Virus record (IMG/VR): IMGVR_UViG_2049941001_000006
Coordinates: 1-44,729 of that record
Source of the DNA: a virus
DNA: 44,729 nt
Strand: one strand, 5' to 3'
Both the position numbers and the translations under genes were made by a program. The notes beneath the pieces are model-generated. The model made no database searches. It was not told the DNA's origin and saw only the letters and a program-made list of their open reading frames with translations. Below, piece after piece: positions 31,043 through 40,890 of the stretch. Every line of letters begins with the position of its first letter. The stretch's first letter is position 1.

Positions 31043-32919
31043 TGCGCCAGCGGTCGCCCGTGGGTCTCGTGCAGGCGCAGATGCTCGATCGCGGGGTCTA
31101 CGACGCGGCCGAGTTCGATGCATGGATGGCGGCGCAGGGATGGGCGTGGAAATGCCTGGAGCGTGGGGATTACGGCATCACCCTGGACGAGGCGCTGGTG
31201 ATGTTCACGTTCGAGGACCCGCTGCGCTGGGCGGAAACCTACCTGTTCGAGCCAGACACCGGCGAACCGTATCGGTTCTGGGATTACCAGCGCCCGAGCG
31301 TGCGCGCCTGGCAACAGGACGTGATCCACCAGGACGGCGCCGAATGTGGCAAAACCCGCGAGATCATTGCCCTGGTGGCCTGGGCGGGGTGCACCGCCGT
31401 CGGCGGCCGCATCGCCAATCCGTGGTCGCTGATTGCCGCGCCCCAGCAGACGCACCTGGATGAAATCATCCTCGCACTGGAGGAGCAGTTCGGCGTGGCA
31501 GACGGTGCCGGGCAGAAGACGTTGATCCAGCATTTCTGGCTCAAGCCGAAAAAAACCCCGCACGTCATGCACCGATTCCTGGCCCCGAATCCGATCCGCC
31601 CGGATCGGCCAAGCATTGCCCGCGCCTACTACCGTCCGGGCGGCCATGACGGCGAGGCATTCCGCGGCGTGCACGTCAACGCTTTCGGTCTGTTCGACGA
31701 AGCGGCGAAGGTCAAGAACAAGGTGATTTTCAGCGAGTTCTGGCGCGCACTGAAGCCGGGCTGCCGTGCGCGGGTCTATTCGGTGCCGGATGGCGACCGC
31801 GGCAGCGAGTATTTTCGGTTGACGCAGACTGCGCAGGAGGGGTTGCCGCCCGGGAAGCGGGGTTACCGCCTGTTTCGCTGGCAGCAGACGATGAAGCCCG
31901 CGCCGTTCTGGTCGCCCGAGCGCGACGCCGAGATGGTGCGCCGGTTCGGTGGTCGCAACACCCCGGGCTATCAGCGCAACGTCCTCGGCGAGCACGGCCA
32001 GGCGGAAAATCCGGTCTGGCCCTGGGGGGTCCTGCTGCCGAACGTGGTGGATCGCCCGGATTACCGGGTGGTCAAACTGCATGCTGACAGCGAGGCCGAC
32101 CGGCTGGCGGTGGAGGTCCATGCGGTGGACCTGAGCATGCAGGACGGCCGCAAGATCGGCAGCTATCGCACCCTGTACGACGACGCCGAGCCGCTGCGCC
32201 CGCTGCTGCGGGGGCGCGACGATGACCGCCGCGAGGCCATGCGCGCAATTCTGCGTCCGTACATCCGCGGCGCGGCGATGGGGGTGTTCTGGGCGGGGGC
32301 CGACCTGGGCGAGCGCAACGACCCGACCGAGATCGTGCTGAGCGAGCAGGTCGGCGGCACCTTCGTGGACCTGGTGCGGATCAAGGCCATCGGGTTCCCG
32401 TACCACCTGCAGGAGGAGCTGATCGCCGCATTGGACGGGCTGTACGGGCATCTGCCGTACTGGGGGGCCGACCTGGGCAGCGCCGGCACCACGGTGGTCA
32501 AGGACCTGATCGGCGTGGATCGGTTCGCCGATTGTCGATTCGAGGACCGCCTGATCGGCTTCCACTTCCAGCAGTCCGTCGAATGCATCGGCGAGGACGG
32601 GCAGGTGCTGCAGGAGGAGGACAAGCGCAGCGGCGAACAGATCACACTGACGGCCCCGGCCAAGCACTGGGCGACCCAGTGCATCAGCGCCAGGCTGCAG
32701 TCCGGCGGCTATGCGCTGCCCTATGACCCCGATGTCCTCAATGCCATGGCCACACAGACCGCCCGCGAGGGGGCCAAGTGGCCGATCTACAGCAAACAGG
32801 ACGACCACATCCCCGATGCGCGCCGGCAGCAGATGCTGCGCCGGTTGCGCGCCCTGCAGGACGACGGCTACGGCACGGACGTGTTCGGCAGCAGCCTGGT
32901 CCGGAGGAATGCCGCATGA
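31042..32919 (+). CDS. terL: Terminase large subunit
   Basis: Walker A-like DGAECGKTRE. The 625-aa product lies immediately upstream of the portal and has a nuclease-half-like acidic C-terminus. Confidence 0.85.
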   Translation: MRQRSPVGLVQAQMLDRGVYDAAEFDAWMAAQGWAWKCLERGDYGITLDEALVMFTFEDPLRWAETYLFEPDTGEPYRFWDYQRPSVRAWQQDVIHQDGAECGKTREIIALVAWAGCTAVGGRIANPWSLIAAPQQTHLDEIILALEEQFGVADGAGQKTLIQHFWLKPKKTPHVMHRFLAPNPIRPDRPSIARAYYRPGGHDGEAFRGVHVNAFGLFDEAAKVKNKVIFSEFWRALKPGCRARVYSVPDGDRGSEYFRLTQTAQEGLPPGKRGYRLFRWQQTMKPAPFWSPERDAEMVRRFGGRNTPGYQRNVLGEHGQAENPVWPWGVLLPNVVDRPDYRVVKLHADSEADRLAVEVHAVDLSMQDGRKIGSYRTLYDDAEPLRPLLRGRDDDRREAMRAILRPYIRGAAMGVFWAGADLGERNDPTEIVLSEQVGGTFVDLVRIKAIGFPYHLQEELIAALDGLYGHLPYWGADLGSAGTTVVKDLIGVDRFADCRFEDRLIGFHFQQSVECIGEDGQVLQEEDKRSGEQITLTAPAKHWATQCISARLQSGGYALPYDPDVLNAMATQTAREGAKWPIYSKQDDHIPDARRQQMLRRLRALQDDGYGTDVFGSSLVRRNAA

Positions 32920-35069
32920 ACCTGAACCCCATCGATTGGCTGCGCGCCAAGCAGGCCCCCCCGCACGACCCCACGCGCAACCAGGGCGGAGCGGTGGCCA
33001 CCAGCATCCGCGATGTGCAGGCCCTGGGTATCTGGCACGACAGCATCGGCGCCTGGCAGCCGCGCACCGTCTCGCCCTGGCTGTACGAAGCGCTGAAAGA
33101 GGCGATCCCGATGCTGGATGCCGGCATCGGCCGCATGGTCACGCTGGACGGCATCCTGGAGGTCGAGGGTGGCAACGATGCGTTGGTCGCCGAGATCGAG
33201 GAATGGATGCGCAACATCCCGGTCAACGACGTCGAGAGCGGCTACCAGGCGTTCTATGCCAGCCAGGGCGAGGAGCTGTACGAGCAGGGGCATGGCATCG
33301 CCGAGATCATCTACGACGCGAAAGGGCGCGACGTGATCGGCCTGCGCGTCGCCGACAGCAAGGGCACCGCGTTCGTCCGGGAGGAGGACCGCATGCGCGT
33401 GTTCTATCGCGCGCCCTCGGTCTGCACTGACGGGCGTCCTGATGGGCTGGCGCAGGTGGAGGCCATCCTGCAGGGGCGCGTGCGCAGTGCCATCGGCGCC
33501 AGCCTGCTGCTTGAGGTTGGCTATGTCGAGCTGGACCCTCGACAGCTGGTGATCGCGGTCAACCGCCCGGAAGCGGACAACCCCTACGGCACCAGCCTGC
33601 TGCGCAGCGTCCCGTTCGTCTCGCAGATCCTGCTGCGCATGCAGAACGCCACCGGGCAGGTCTGGACTCGCTTCGGCGACCCGTCATTCCACATCCACTA
33701 CGGAACAAAATCCGCGCGCGTGACCAGCGCAGATGCCCAGAAGCGCGCCGAAACCATCGCCCGCGACCTGGCCCGTGCCATGGAGGACAAGGCCCGCGGC
33801 CACAGCGTCGATCTAGCCACCGGGGCCGGCATGAACGACACCATCACCATCGACGTGATCGGCGCGGTCAGCGAGGCGCTGCAGATCGAGATGCCGGCCA
33901 AACACATGATCGAGCAGTTGGTGGCCGCCTTCGGCCTGCCGGCGTGGATGCTGGGCGTGAGCTGGTCGCAGGCGGCCGGCATCGCCGAACCCCAGGCCGA
34001 GCTGGTGCTGCAGGATGCCAAGACGCGGTTCGCCCGGCGCCAGCCAGGGCTGGCCCGGCCCATCGCGGCCATGCTGCGAGCCCGGCGACGCACATGGAAA
34101 CCCGGCGACTGGGACGTGGTGCAGCGCCTGCCGTCGATCACCGACCGCGTGAAGGGCGCGCAGGCCGAGTTCCTGCTGGCGCAGGCGGCCCTGGTGCGGG
34201 GCAACGCCGCTGCCGGCAGTGTCGCGACCGACGAATCCCCGCAGGGGCTGGACAACATCATGCGCGCCGCTCGGCCCCGGACCGCGCATGCCCATGCGCA
34301 TGTGGCCAAGGCGAACGGCCGCGACGACGATGAGCCCGAACCATGGGCCGAGGACGACCCCGAGCTGCCGCGCATCGAGGCCGGCACCATCGCCGCGCTG
34401 CTGCGGCTATGGCGCGGCCTGCGCGATGACGTACTGCGCGCCCTGGGCCTGACCACACTGGCCGCGGCAGGCGATGATTTCGTGTTCGACCTGGCGGCCA
34501 TGGCCGACCTGCTGCTGCGCGGGCAGGGGGCCATCACCCGCATGGCCGAGCAGGTTCTGGCCGGCAGCATGCGCAGCTATGACCGCGGCAGTGCCAATGC
34601 CGCCATCGAGATTGCCGCCGGGTTCGATGACCCGGCCGTGCAGGCCGCCATCGCTGCCGGCCGCGAACGTGTCAATGCCGAGTTGCGGCACCAGGGCATG
34701 GCGCTGGTCCGCAATGGCATGGCGCGCGCCTACAGCACGCAGATCGTGGCGGCGCTCGCCAGCGGCGAGTTCGACGGCGTGAACCCTGTCATCGTCGCCG
34801 ATCGACTGCGTCAGCGATTCGGAGCGGGCGACTACAACTGGGAACGGCTGGCTCGCTCCGAGATCGCCGCCGCGCAGGTCCGCGGAAAACGCGACATGTA
34901 CCGCGCTAACGGCTATGACCAATACGGCTGGGTGGCCGCGCCGGATGCCTGCCCCATCTGTCATGGCCTGGCGGATGGCGGCCCCTACCGCCTGGATGAC
35001 CCTGAGGCCCCGCTGCCGATGACCGATAGCCACCCCAATTGCCGCTGCAGCATTCGTGCGGTGTCGTGA
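32916..35069 (+). CDS. Portal protein fused to MuF / SPP1-gp7-like head-morphogenesis domain
   Basis: GGAGGA RBS with an ATGA overlap with terL. The 717-aa product has the C-terminal MuF signature ARSEIAAAQVRGKRDMYRANGY..APDACPICHGL..DSHPNCRCSI. Confidence 0.8.
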   Translation: MNLNPIDWLRAKQAPPHDPTRNQGGAVATSIRDVQALGIWHDSIGAWQPRTVSPWLYEALKEAIPMLDAGIGRMVTLDGILEVEGGNDALVAEIEEWMRNIPVNDVESGYQAFYASQGEELYEQGHGIAEIIYDAKGRDVIGLRVADSKGTAFVREEDRMRVFYRAPSVCTDGRPDGLAQVEAILQGRVRSAIGASLLLEVGYVELDPRQLVIAVNRPEADNPYGTSLLRSVPFVSQILLRMQNATGQVWTRFGDPSFHIHYGTKSARVTSADAQKRAETIARDLARAMEDKARGHSVDLATGAGMNDTITIDVIGAVSEALQIEMPAKHMIEQLVAAFGLPAWMLGVSWSQAAGIAEPQAELVLQDAKTRFARRQPGLARPIAAMLRARRRTWKPGDWDVVQRLPSITDRVKGAQAEFLLAQAALVRGNAAAGSVATDESPQGLDNIMRAARPRTAHAHAHVAKANGRDDDEPEPWAEDDPELPRIEAGTIAALLRLWRGLRDDVLRALGLTTLAAAGDDFVFDLAAMADLLLRGQGAITRMAEQVLAGSMRSYDRGSANAAIEIAAGFDDPAVQAAIAAGRERVNAELRHQGMALVRNGMARAYSTQIVAALASGEFDGVNPVIVADRLRQRFGAGDYNWERLARSEIAAAQVRGKRDMYRANGYDQYGWVAAPDACPICHGLADGGPYRLDDPEAPLPMTDSHPNCRCSIRAVS

Positions 35070-35161
35070 GAGAGGGTTGACTGTTCGCCTAACTGGTAAT
35101 CTGCCCCCATGGTCGAGAACCGGCCGCACCGCGCCTCGGGGCTCAGGGGCAGGAGATCACG

Positions 35162-35296
35162 ATGGACTACGCCGATTTCGTCGCCGACATCATTGGCCTG
35201 CAAGAGGGTCTGATGTCCGCCGGATACGGCGACATGCCCACGGCGGTCATCGCCCGGGCGATGAACGAGGCGGCACGCCGTGAGCCACAGGCATAG
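35162..35296 (+). CDS. Small hypothetical ORF (44 aa)
   Basis: This ORF is not in the track. GGAG lies 7 nt upstream, and the product begins MDYADFVADIIGLQEGLMSAGYGDMPTAVIARAMNEAARREPQA. Confidence 0.3.
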   Translation: MDYADFVADIIGLQEGLMSAGYGDMPTAVIARAMNEAARREPQA

Positions 35297-35366
35297 CCGC
35301 CGAACTGTCAATTGCCATCATGTACGGTTGACGGCATGCCCGTGAATCCTGCCTGCATCGGGGCCA

Positions 35367-35765
35367 ATGGCCGATGCGGAGCGGGGCATGTCCGACAATC
35401 TCAAGCTGGCGGAAATCGCCAATCTGACGTTGGCCGAGCTGGTCGAGCGGCTGGGTGATCTGACCCCGGCCGAGCTGACCGAGCTGGGCCGGATCGAGGC
35501 CGCTGGCGCCAACCGCAAGGGTGCGCTGGCCGCGATCGCGGCGGCCCTGGAGACAACGGGCGCGGCCCCGGGCGCAGCGTCCGTGATCGCCACGGCGGCC
35601 AATGATGGCCCGGTGCCCGCACGCGACCCCGCCAGTGCCCCCTCGGCGGCCGTTACGGATGAGCCGGAAACCGCGCAAGCGCTGCCCTGGCAGGCGGAGG
35701 ATTGGGACGGACCGCTCAGCATCCCGCAAGCGGCGTGGCGCCGTGCGCACCTGAAGGGGGCGTGA
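35367..35765 (+). CDS. Hypothetical head-module protein
   Basis: The gene lies between the portal and the protease. It has a helical N-terminus, LKLAEIANLTLAELVERLGDLTPAELTELGRIE. An alternative ATG lies at 35388. Confidence 0.5.
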   Translation: MADAERGMSDNLKLAEIANLTLAELVERLGDLTPAELTELGRIEAAGANRKGALAAIAAALETTGAAPGAASVIATAANDGPVPARDPASAPSAAVTDEPETAQALPWQAEDWDGPLSIPQAAWRRAHLKGA

Positions 35766-35766
35766 C

Positions 35767-36849
35767 ATGCCGCCCGAGGTTCGCCGTCAGAAAACCCTGC
35801 ACGCGGTGGTCAAGTCGGCCGGCGACCCGTCGGCTGAGCAGTTGGCGCTGATCCGCCAGTACACCCTGGCGGACATCGCGCCGGCGCAGCTCTACGTGCG
35901 CACGTTTGCGGTGGCGCACAACGGCATCGATCGCGATCGGGAATGTTTCGACGAGGCGCTGCTGGCCGATTACGCCCGCACGCTGCCCGGGAAGGGGCTA
36001 TTCATTCGCCACCCGACGGGCTGGGACGGCGATTCCGGCCCGGGCAAGGGGCGCTGGTTTGCCGCCGGGCTGGAGCGCATGAGCCTTGACGAGGCGCGGG
36101 CGCTGCTGCGAGAGCCGGCCCTAACGTTCGCGCCCGGGGTGGAAACCGCCGTGGTGCTGATGGCGTCGGCCTATCTGGTGCGCACGCCGGGCAATGCCGA
36201 TCTGCTGGCGGAAATCGACGCAGGCGTGGTCGGCGATGTGTCGATCGGCGGAACGGTCAAGGACATCGCGCGGCTGCAGGACGCGCAGGGCAACGAACTC
36301 AATGCCTGGCGGTTGCTGGGCCCGGGCGAGGCGGTGGAGGCCTCGCTGGTCTGGCTGGGCGCGCAGCCCGGCGCCCGCGCCATCAAGAGCGCATCACAAC
36401 ACGAGCACGAGGACATCACCGTGGATACCGAACAGAAGCTCAAAGCCGCGCTGGACGACGTGGACAACCTGCGCACCGAACTGCATGCCGCGCAGCCCGC
36501 AGTCGCGACGCTGCAGGCCGTGCGCAAGGCGCTGGGCGATCACGCGCATCTGCTGGACGCCCCGGATGAGCTGGTCGCCATGGTGAAGGCGGCCGCGCAG
36601 CGCCGCGTCGATCTGGTGGACGAGATCGTCCAGGCCGAGCGCGAGCTCGGGTTGTGCGGCGACGACGCCGAATCGGTCGATCTGGCCAAAGCGGTCTATG
36701 CCGGCGCGCCGATGGCGCAGCTGGAGGCCCGCGCCAAGCGCGCCGTCGCAACGCTGGCCAAGGGCGGCCGGATGCCCCCGGCCGCCGGTGGCGCGCGTCT
36801 CCCCGCGGCCCAGGAACAGGCGGCAACCGATAACCCCGCGCTGGCATGA
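35767..36849 (+). CDS. Prohead protease (HK97/U35-like) fused to scaffold-like coiled coil
   Basis: The N-terminal FAVAHNGIDRDRECFDEALL.. is protease-like, and the C-terminal DTEQKLKAALDDVDNLRTELHAA.. is coiled-coil. The gene lies upstream of the capsid gene. Confidence 0.65.
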   Translation: MPPEVRRQKTLHAVVKSAGDPSAEQLALIRQYTLADIAPAQLYVRTFAVAHNGIDRDRECFDEALLADYARTLPGKGLFIRHPTGWDGDSGPGKGRWFAAGLERMSLDEARALLREPALTFAPGVETAVVLMASAYLVRTPGNADLLAEIDAGVVGDVSIGGTVKDIARLQDAQGNELNAWRLLGPGEAVEASLVWLGAQPGARAIKSASQHEHEDITVDTEQKLKAALDDVDNLRTELHAAQPAVATLQAVRKALGDHAHLLDAPDELVAMVKAAAQRRVDLVDEIVQAERELGLCGDDAESVDLAKAVYAGAPMAQLEARAKRAVATLAKGGRMPPAAGGARLPAAQEQAATDNPALA

Positions 36850-36874
36850 CCAGCGCATGACGAGGAACTGACCC

Positions 36875-37228
36875 ATGGCCTCCAGTCTCAATTTCGCCAG
36901 CCCGACCGAGCTGATCCTCAATACCGGATTCGCGCATTCGGCCGCGACGACCGCGCGCGTCCCGATCGTCATCAACGGCCGCGTGCTGATCCCCCTCAAC
37001 ACCGCGGCCGCGAACGAACGCAACGCGTTTGCCTATGCCTGCGAGATCGACAACGCGCCGGCCGAATCCAGTGTGGCCTGGAACGCGGGTGACGCCCTGT
37101 ACTGGGACGCCACCAATGCCCAGCTGACCAAGACCAGCACCGGCAACACGCTGTTCGGCCACGCGCTGCAGCCCAAGGCGACCACTGACACGCTCAGCCC
37201 GCTGGTCGCCTTCAACGCCTTCGCCTGA
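36875..37228 (+). CDS. Head decoration / DUF2190-like protein
   Basis: 117 aa. ..AWNAGDALYWDATNAQLTKTSTGNTLFGHAL.. fits the DUF2190 pattern. The gene lies directly upstream of the major capsid gene. Confidence 0.6.
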   Translation: MASSLNFASPTELILNTGFAHSAATTARVPIVINGRVLIPLNTAAANERNAFAYACEIDNAPAESSVAWNAGDALYWDATNAQLTKTSTGNTLFGHALQPKATTDTLSPLVAFNAFA

Positions 37229-37239
37229 GGAGCCACTAC

Positions 37240-38334
37240 ATGAATGCTGTTGCCAAGTTCCACAAGCTCGCCGCGCTGGGGGCGGGCACGTCCGCCCAGC
37301 TCAAGGCGCTGGCGCAGGCGGTCAATCTCGAATTCGCGCTGCCGTCGCTGTATCTGGACCTGCACGGAGGCAAGGCGGCCAACCAGCCGGGCGTGACCTT
37401 GCTGGGCCGCCAGAAGGCGGCCGAGCCCCGGGCGATCTGGTCGCCGGAGGCGATCAAGGCCGGCATGCGCGAGCTGCGTACCAAGTATGCCACGCCAGAC
37501 GACACATCGGTGTCATCCGACGTTGCGGCGCGCATCGACCAGTGGTTCCACACCGGCATGCAGGAGATCGACACCGGGTGGACCAACCTGTTCCGCCTGG
37601 TGGACATGCGCGGCGGCAACCAGGACACGTTCGAGATCGCCACCGGCCAGTTCGGCATCACGTTCAAGCAGCGTGCGCCGGGCGAGAAGACGGAAATCTG
37701 GCGCCTGCCGTCGGAGACCGAGTACCCGGTGAAGTACGTCACCTATTCGGCCGGGGCCGGCATCCTGGATGACTGGCTGCGCTACAACAAGTGGTGGAAG
37801 GTCGAGGAAATCATCACCGAGTTCCGCGCCAAGGCGTGGATGCACCAGGCCGAGCAGCACTACGGTCTGCTGACTGGGTTGTCGAGCGCGATCAACCACG
37901 CACACGTCAGCGGCGACGACCTCGGTACGGAGACCCTCAACACCGCGGCGGCGTGGATCTATCGCCAGCAGCTCACCAAGGGCACGGCCGTGAGCGCCAG
38001 CACGCCGCTGTGGATCGTCACCAGCCCGGAGAAGCGCGGCTACATCCTGCGCATGCTGGAGGCGACCCAGGGCAGCCTGATCGTGGCCTACCAGAATGGC
38101 CAGCCGGTGGCGGTGACGGTGGCGGGCGTGATCGCCACCACCTATGTGCCGGCATCGGATGCCGGTTATTACCTGGTGCTGCCGCAGCGCCGGCTGGCTC
38201 GCGGCGTGTGGATGGATCTGCAGCTGGAGGAGACCCGCGACATCTACAAGCGCGCTCGCGACTGGGTGGGCACCATGCAGTACAACGCCGCCATCGCGGA
38301 TACCTCCCAGGTCCGCCGCGTGCTGTTCAGCTGA
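37240..38334 (+). CDS. Major capsid protein
   Basis: GAGGAG RBS and 364 aa. The gene follows the protease/decoration genes and is followed by a strong hairpin. Confidence 0.75.
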   Translation: MNAVAKFHKLAALGAGTSAQLKALAQAVNLEFALPSLYLDLHGGKAANQPGVTLLGRQKAAEPRAIWSPEAIKAGMRELRTKYATPDDTSVSSDVAARIDQWFHTGMQEIDTGWTNLFRLVDMRGGNQDTFEIATGQFGITFKQRAPGEKTEIWRLPSETEYPVKYVTYSAGAGILDDWLRYNKWWKVEEIITEFRAKAWMHQAEQHYGLLTGLSSAINHAHVSGDDLGTETLNTAAAWIYRQQLTKGTAVSASTPLWIVTSPEKRGYILRMLEATQGSLIVAYQNGQPVAVTVAGVIATTYVPASDAGYYLVLPQRRLARGVWMDLQLEETRDIYKRARDWVGTMQYNAAIADTSQVRRVLFS

Positions 38335-38339
38335 GGAGG

Positions 38340-38363
38340 CGGGCGGCCCGTGAGGGCCGCCCG
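38340..38363 (+). terminator. 10-bp GC hairpin with GTGA tetraloop just after the capsid gene (attenuator/terminator-like)
   Basis: CGGGCGGCCC-GTGA-GGGCCGCCCG starts 6 nt after the capsid stop. No T-tract follows. Confidence 0.4.
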
Positions 38364-38369
38364 ACGGGC

Positions 38370-38843
38370 ATGGCGGCGAAGGTGAGCATCCAGGACATCC
38401 GCGACGCCGGCTTCCGGCCGGAGCAGTTCGGCTCGCCCCTCGGCAGCGAGGCCGATGGCTGGGACACGCCTGGCGGCTATCTGGAGCGGTTGATCACGCG
38501 GGCCGAGGCCTGGGCCCGTGGCCGCTATGGTGCCGGCTACGACGCGGTGCCCGCCGGATCGCCGACCGAGGAGCACCTGCGCGCGGCCGAACTGTGCTGG
38601 TCCAGCGCCCAGCTGTGGCGGCGCCGCGCCGCCTACATCGACTCCAATGCCGCCAGCGCGCTGGAGAACCTGATCTATCGCGATCGCCTCGCGTTCGAGG
38701 AGCAGGCGGCCAACGCCATGCAATGTGCCGATGAGGCGATGGCGCTGGCGATCGATCCCACGACGCCGGCCGGCACCGCCGCGGTGCTGGTGTCGGCCAT
38801 CAGCGGGCCGTGGGGCCGGGGGGGGCGCGCATGCGCGTCGTGA
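38370..38843 (+). CDS. Head-tail connector/adaptor protein (putative)
   Basis: The call rests on position after the capsid gene. The product is 157 aa and helical. Confidence 0.5.
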   Translation: MAAKVSIQDIRDAGFRPEQFGSPLGSEADGWDTPGGYLERLITRAEAWARGRYGAGYDAVPAGSPTEEHLRAAELCWSSAQLWRRRAAYIDSNAASALENLIYRDRLAFEEQAANAMQCADEAMALAIDPTTPAGTAAVLVSAISGPWGRGGRACAS

Positions 38844-39265
38844 TCAACAGCCGCGAGGTGGTCGATGCCATGGGGCGCTGTGCCACCGCGATCGAGCCCA
38901 GCCGCGACTGGCTGCTGCGCTGGCTGGCGGCCCAGGTGGAAACCCGCGCCACCGAGCTGGCGTCCGGGCCCGCCTCGGCCGAGCCGGGCAGCTACCCGAT
39001 CCCGGTGCGGACCGGCCGGTTCCGCCGCGATTTCGTCATCGACATCCGCCCGCCGCGCGCGGTCGTCGCCAACCAGGCGCAGTACGCCCGCGCGTTGCAC
39101 GAGGGGTTCCGCCCCTATGGCAACCCGTCGGCCACGCCGATTCCGGCGCGGCCCTATTTCAGCGATGCGCTGGACGGCCTTGACCTGGACGAGGCCCATC
39201 GGCGCTGGTCCGAGCGCCTGTTCGGTGCCGATGACTGGGCGGCCCGGCTGCGGGGTGACGCATGA
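38831..39265 (+). CDS. Head-tail joining protein (HK97 gp10-like, putative)
   Basis: ..NQAQYARALHEGF..IPARPYFSDAL.. resembles the gp10-family motif. The gene overlaps its neighbours. Confidence 0.55.
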   Translation: MRVVINSREVVDAMGRCATAIEPSRDWLLRWLAAQVETRATELASGPASAEPGSYPIPVRTGRFRRDFVIDIRPPRAVVANQAQYARALHEGFRPYGNPSATPIPARPYFSDALDGLDLDEAHRRWSERLFGADDWAARLRGDA

Positions 39266-39765
39266 TCGGTGCCGCCCGTGCCGCTCTGCATGCACTCCTT
39301 GTCGGGGATGCGCTGTTCGTGGCCGACCTGCAGGCGCTGGGGCTGGGCCGGGACGGCAGCGCGGCCATCCCGGAGGTGGTGAGCGGCAATCGCCGCTTCG
39401 ACCAGCTCGGGCAGGCGCATTACCCGTGCTGGACCGATGCCGCTGGCGATCAGCAGGGGGAGGCCGGCGGCAGCCAGGCGGATGCCTGGGCCGGTCTGGC
39501 CCTGGGCAGCGGGTGCCAGGGCTGGCGCGGCGACATCCTGCTGGCATTGATCTGGCACCAGCAGGACCCGGCCCGCGCCGTCAGCCAGACCGACGGCCTG
39601 CTGCCGGCCCTGGTGCGCCTGCTGCTGCGGCAGCCCTCACTGTCCGAGACCTGCACGCTGGCCTATGTGGCCAGCACGGACAACGACCGCGGGGTGCGCC
39701 ACCCCACCCACGTTGCCCAGTTCGTGGTGCGCGTGCACTACGACATCCGCCGCGAGGGGAGCTGA
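39262..39765 (+). CDS. Tail completion/terminator protein (putative)
   Basis: ATGA overlap with the upstream gene, and a position upstream of the major tail gene. Confidence 0.45.
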   Translation: MIGAARAALHALLVGDALFVADLQALGLGRDGSAAIPEVVSGNRRFDQLGQAHYPCWTDAAGDQQGEAGGSQADAWAGLALGSGCQGWRGDILLALIWHQQDPARAVSQTDGLLPALVRLLLRQPSLSETCTLAYVASTDNDRGVRHPTHVAQFVVRVHYDIRREGS

Positions 39766-39868
39766 TGCCCACCTCGTCCACCCTCATGCCGGCCCTGCGC
39801 CACGCTGCCCTGCCCGCCGCCCGTGCGGCCGGCGTGGGGCCGGCCCCCTTCGACATCGGGAGTAGACC

Positions 39869-40879
39869 ATGGGACAGCAAGCCACCGGCGTCCTGACCAC
39901 CCTCATCGGCCTGACGCAGACGGCCCTGCGGCAGCTGCCGTCCTCGCCCACGGGGGAGGTGCTGTATGTGCAGTCGCTGACGTACAACAACGCCGACAGC
40001 ATCGAGCAGGACGCCACCCTGGGCGGCGGTTTCCGAGGCGAGCTGGAGGGCGCCGAGGGGCGCGTTGACCCGTCGGGCTCGGCCGTGGTCACGCTCGGCA
40101 CCAGCATCGGGTTCTGGCTCAAACATCTGATCGGGGTGCCGACCACGACCGACCTGGGCGATACCGAGAACCCGGGGCCCTATCGCCACGTGTTCGCGGT
40201 CGGCAGTGCCACACCGCTGCCGACCGCGCTGGCCATCGAGCGCGATTTCAGCAGTCGCATCGCCGTGCCCGGGCGCTACATCCGCGACACCGACATCCGC
40301 GTCGAATCGGCTGCATTCGCCTTCGCCACGGGGTCGCCGTACCAGCAGGTCACGTTCAACCTGCGCGGCATGGCGCGGCGCACGCTGCCGACTGCCCCGA
40401 TGGTGAGCACCCCGGATGATCACGGTCACGCCGCGTTCGGGCTGTCCAGCATGAGCCTGCAGCTGGACGGCGGCTCCACGCAGGTTTGCGTGGCCTCGCT
40501 CAATCTCAACTGGTCCAACGACCTGGACACTGACCTGTATTGCCTCAACGACGGCGGTGTGCGCCATGACCTGCCGGAGGGGCAGGTGCAGATCACCGGC
40601 GATGGCGTGGCCCAGTTCGATACCCCGGCGCTGCTGACCAAGGCCGAGTCGGGGGCCTCGTTGGCGCTGCTGATCACCTTCATCCGCGGGACGGGAGCGG
40701 GCACTGCCGGCAACGAGAAAATGGAGATTGCCATCCCGCTGTCGATGTTCCGTGCGCCCACCCCAGGCATCACGGGCCCGCGCGGCATCACCCAGGATTT
40801 CTCGTTCCGCGCATACCGCGGGGCAGGGCAGGAGGTGGGCGTGACCGCGACCCTGACCTGCCCCCGGGCCACCATCTAA
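39869..40879 (+). CDS. Major tail tube protein (putative)
   Basis: 336 aa, lying immediately upstream of the G/GT chaperone pair. Confidence 0.6.
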   Translation: MGQQATGVLTTLIGLTQTALRQLPSSPTGEVLYVQSLTYNNADSIEQDATLGGGFRGELEGAEGRVDPSGSAVVTLGTSIGFWLKHLIGVPTTTDLGDTENPGPYRHVFAVGSATPLPTALAIERDFSSRIAVPGRYIRDTDIRVESAAFAFATGSPYQQVTFNLRGMARRTLPTAPMVSTPDDHGHAAFGLSSMSLQLDGGSTQVCVASLNLNWSNDLDTDLYCLNDGGVRHDLPEGQVQITGDGVAQFDTPALLTKAESGASLALLITFIRGTGAGTAGNEKMEIAIPLSMFRAPTPGITGPRGITQDFSFRAYRGAGQEVGVTATLTCPRATI

Positions 40880-40890
40880 GGAGCCAGGCC

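Noticed and set aside
31009-32808. 599-aa minus-strand ORF
   Set aside because: It is antisense to the large terminase, so it is a shadow ORF.
39765-39896. Short ORF (MPTSSTLMPALRH..) between the tail completion and major tail genes
   Set aside because: It has no RBS, has junk-like composition and overlaps the major tail gene start.
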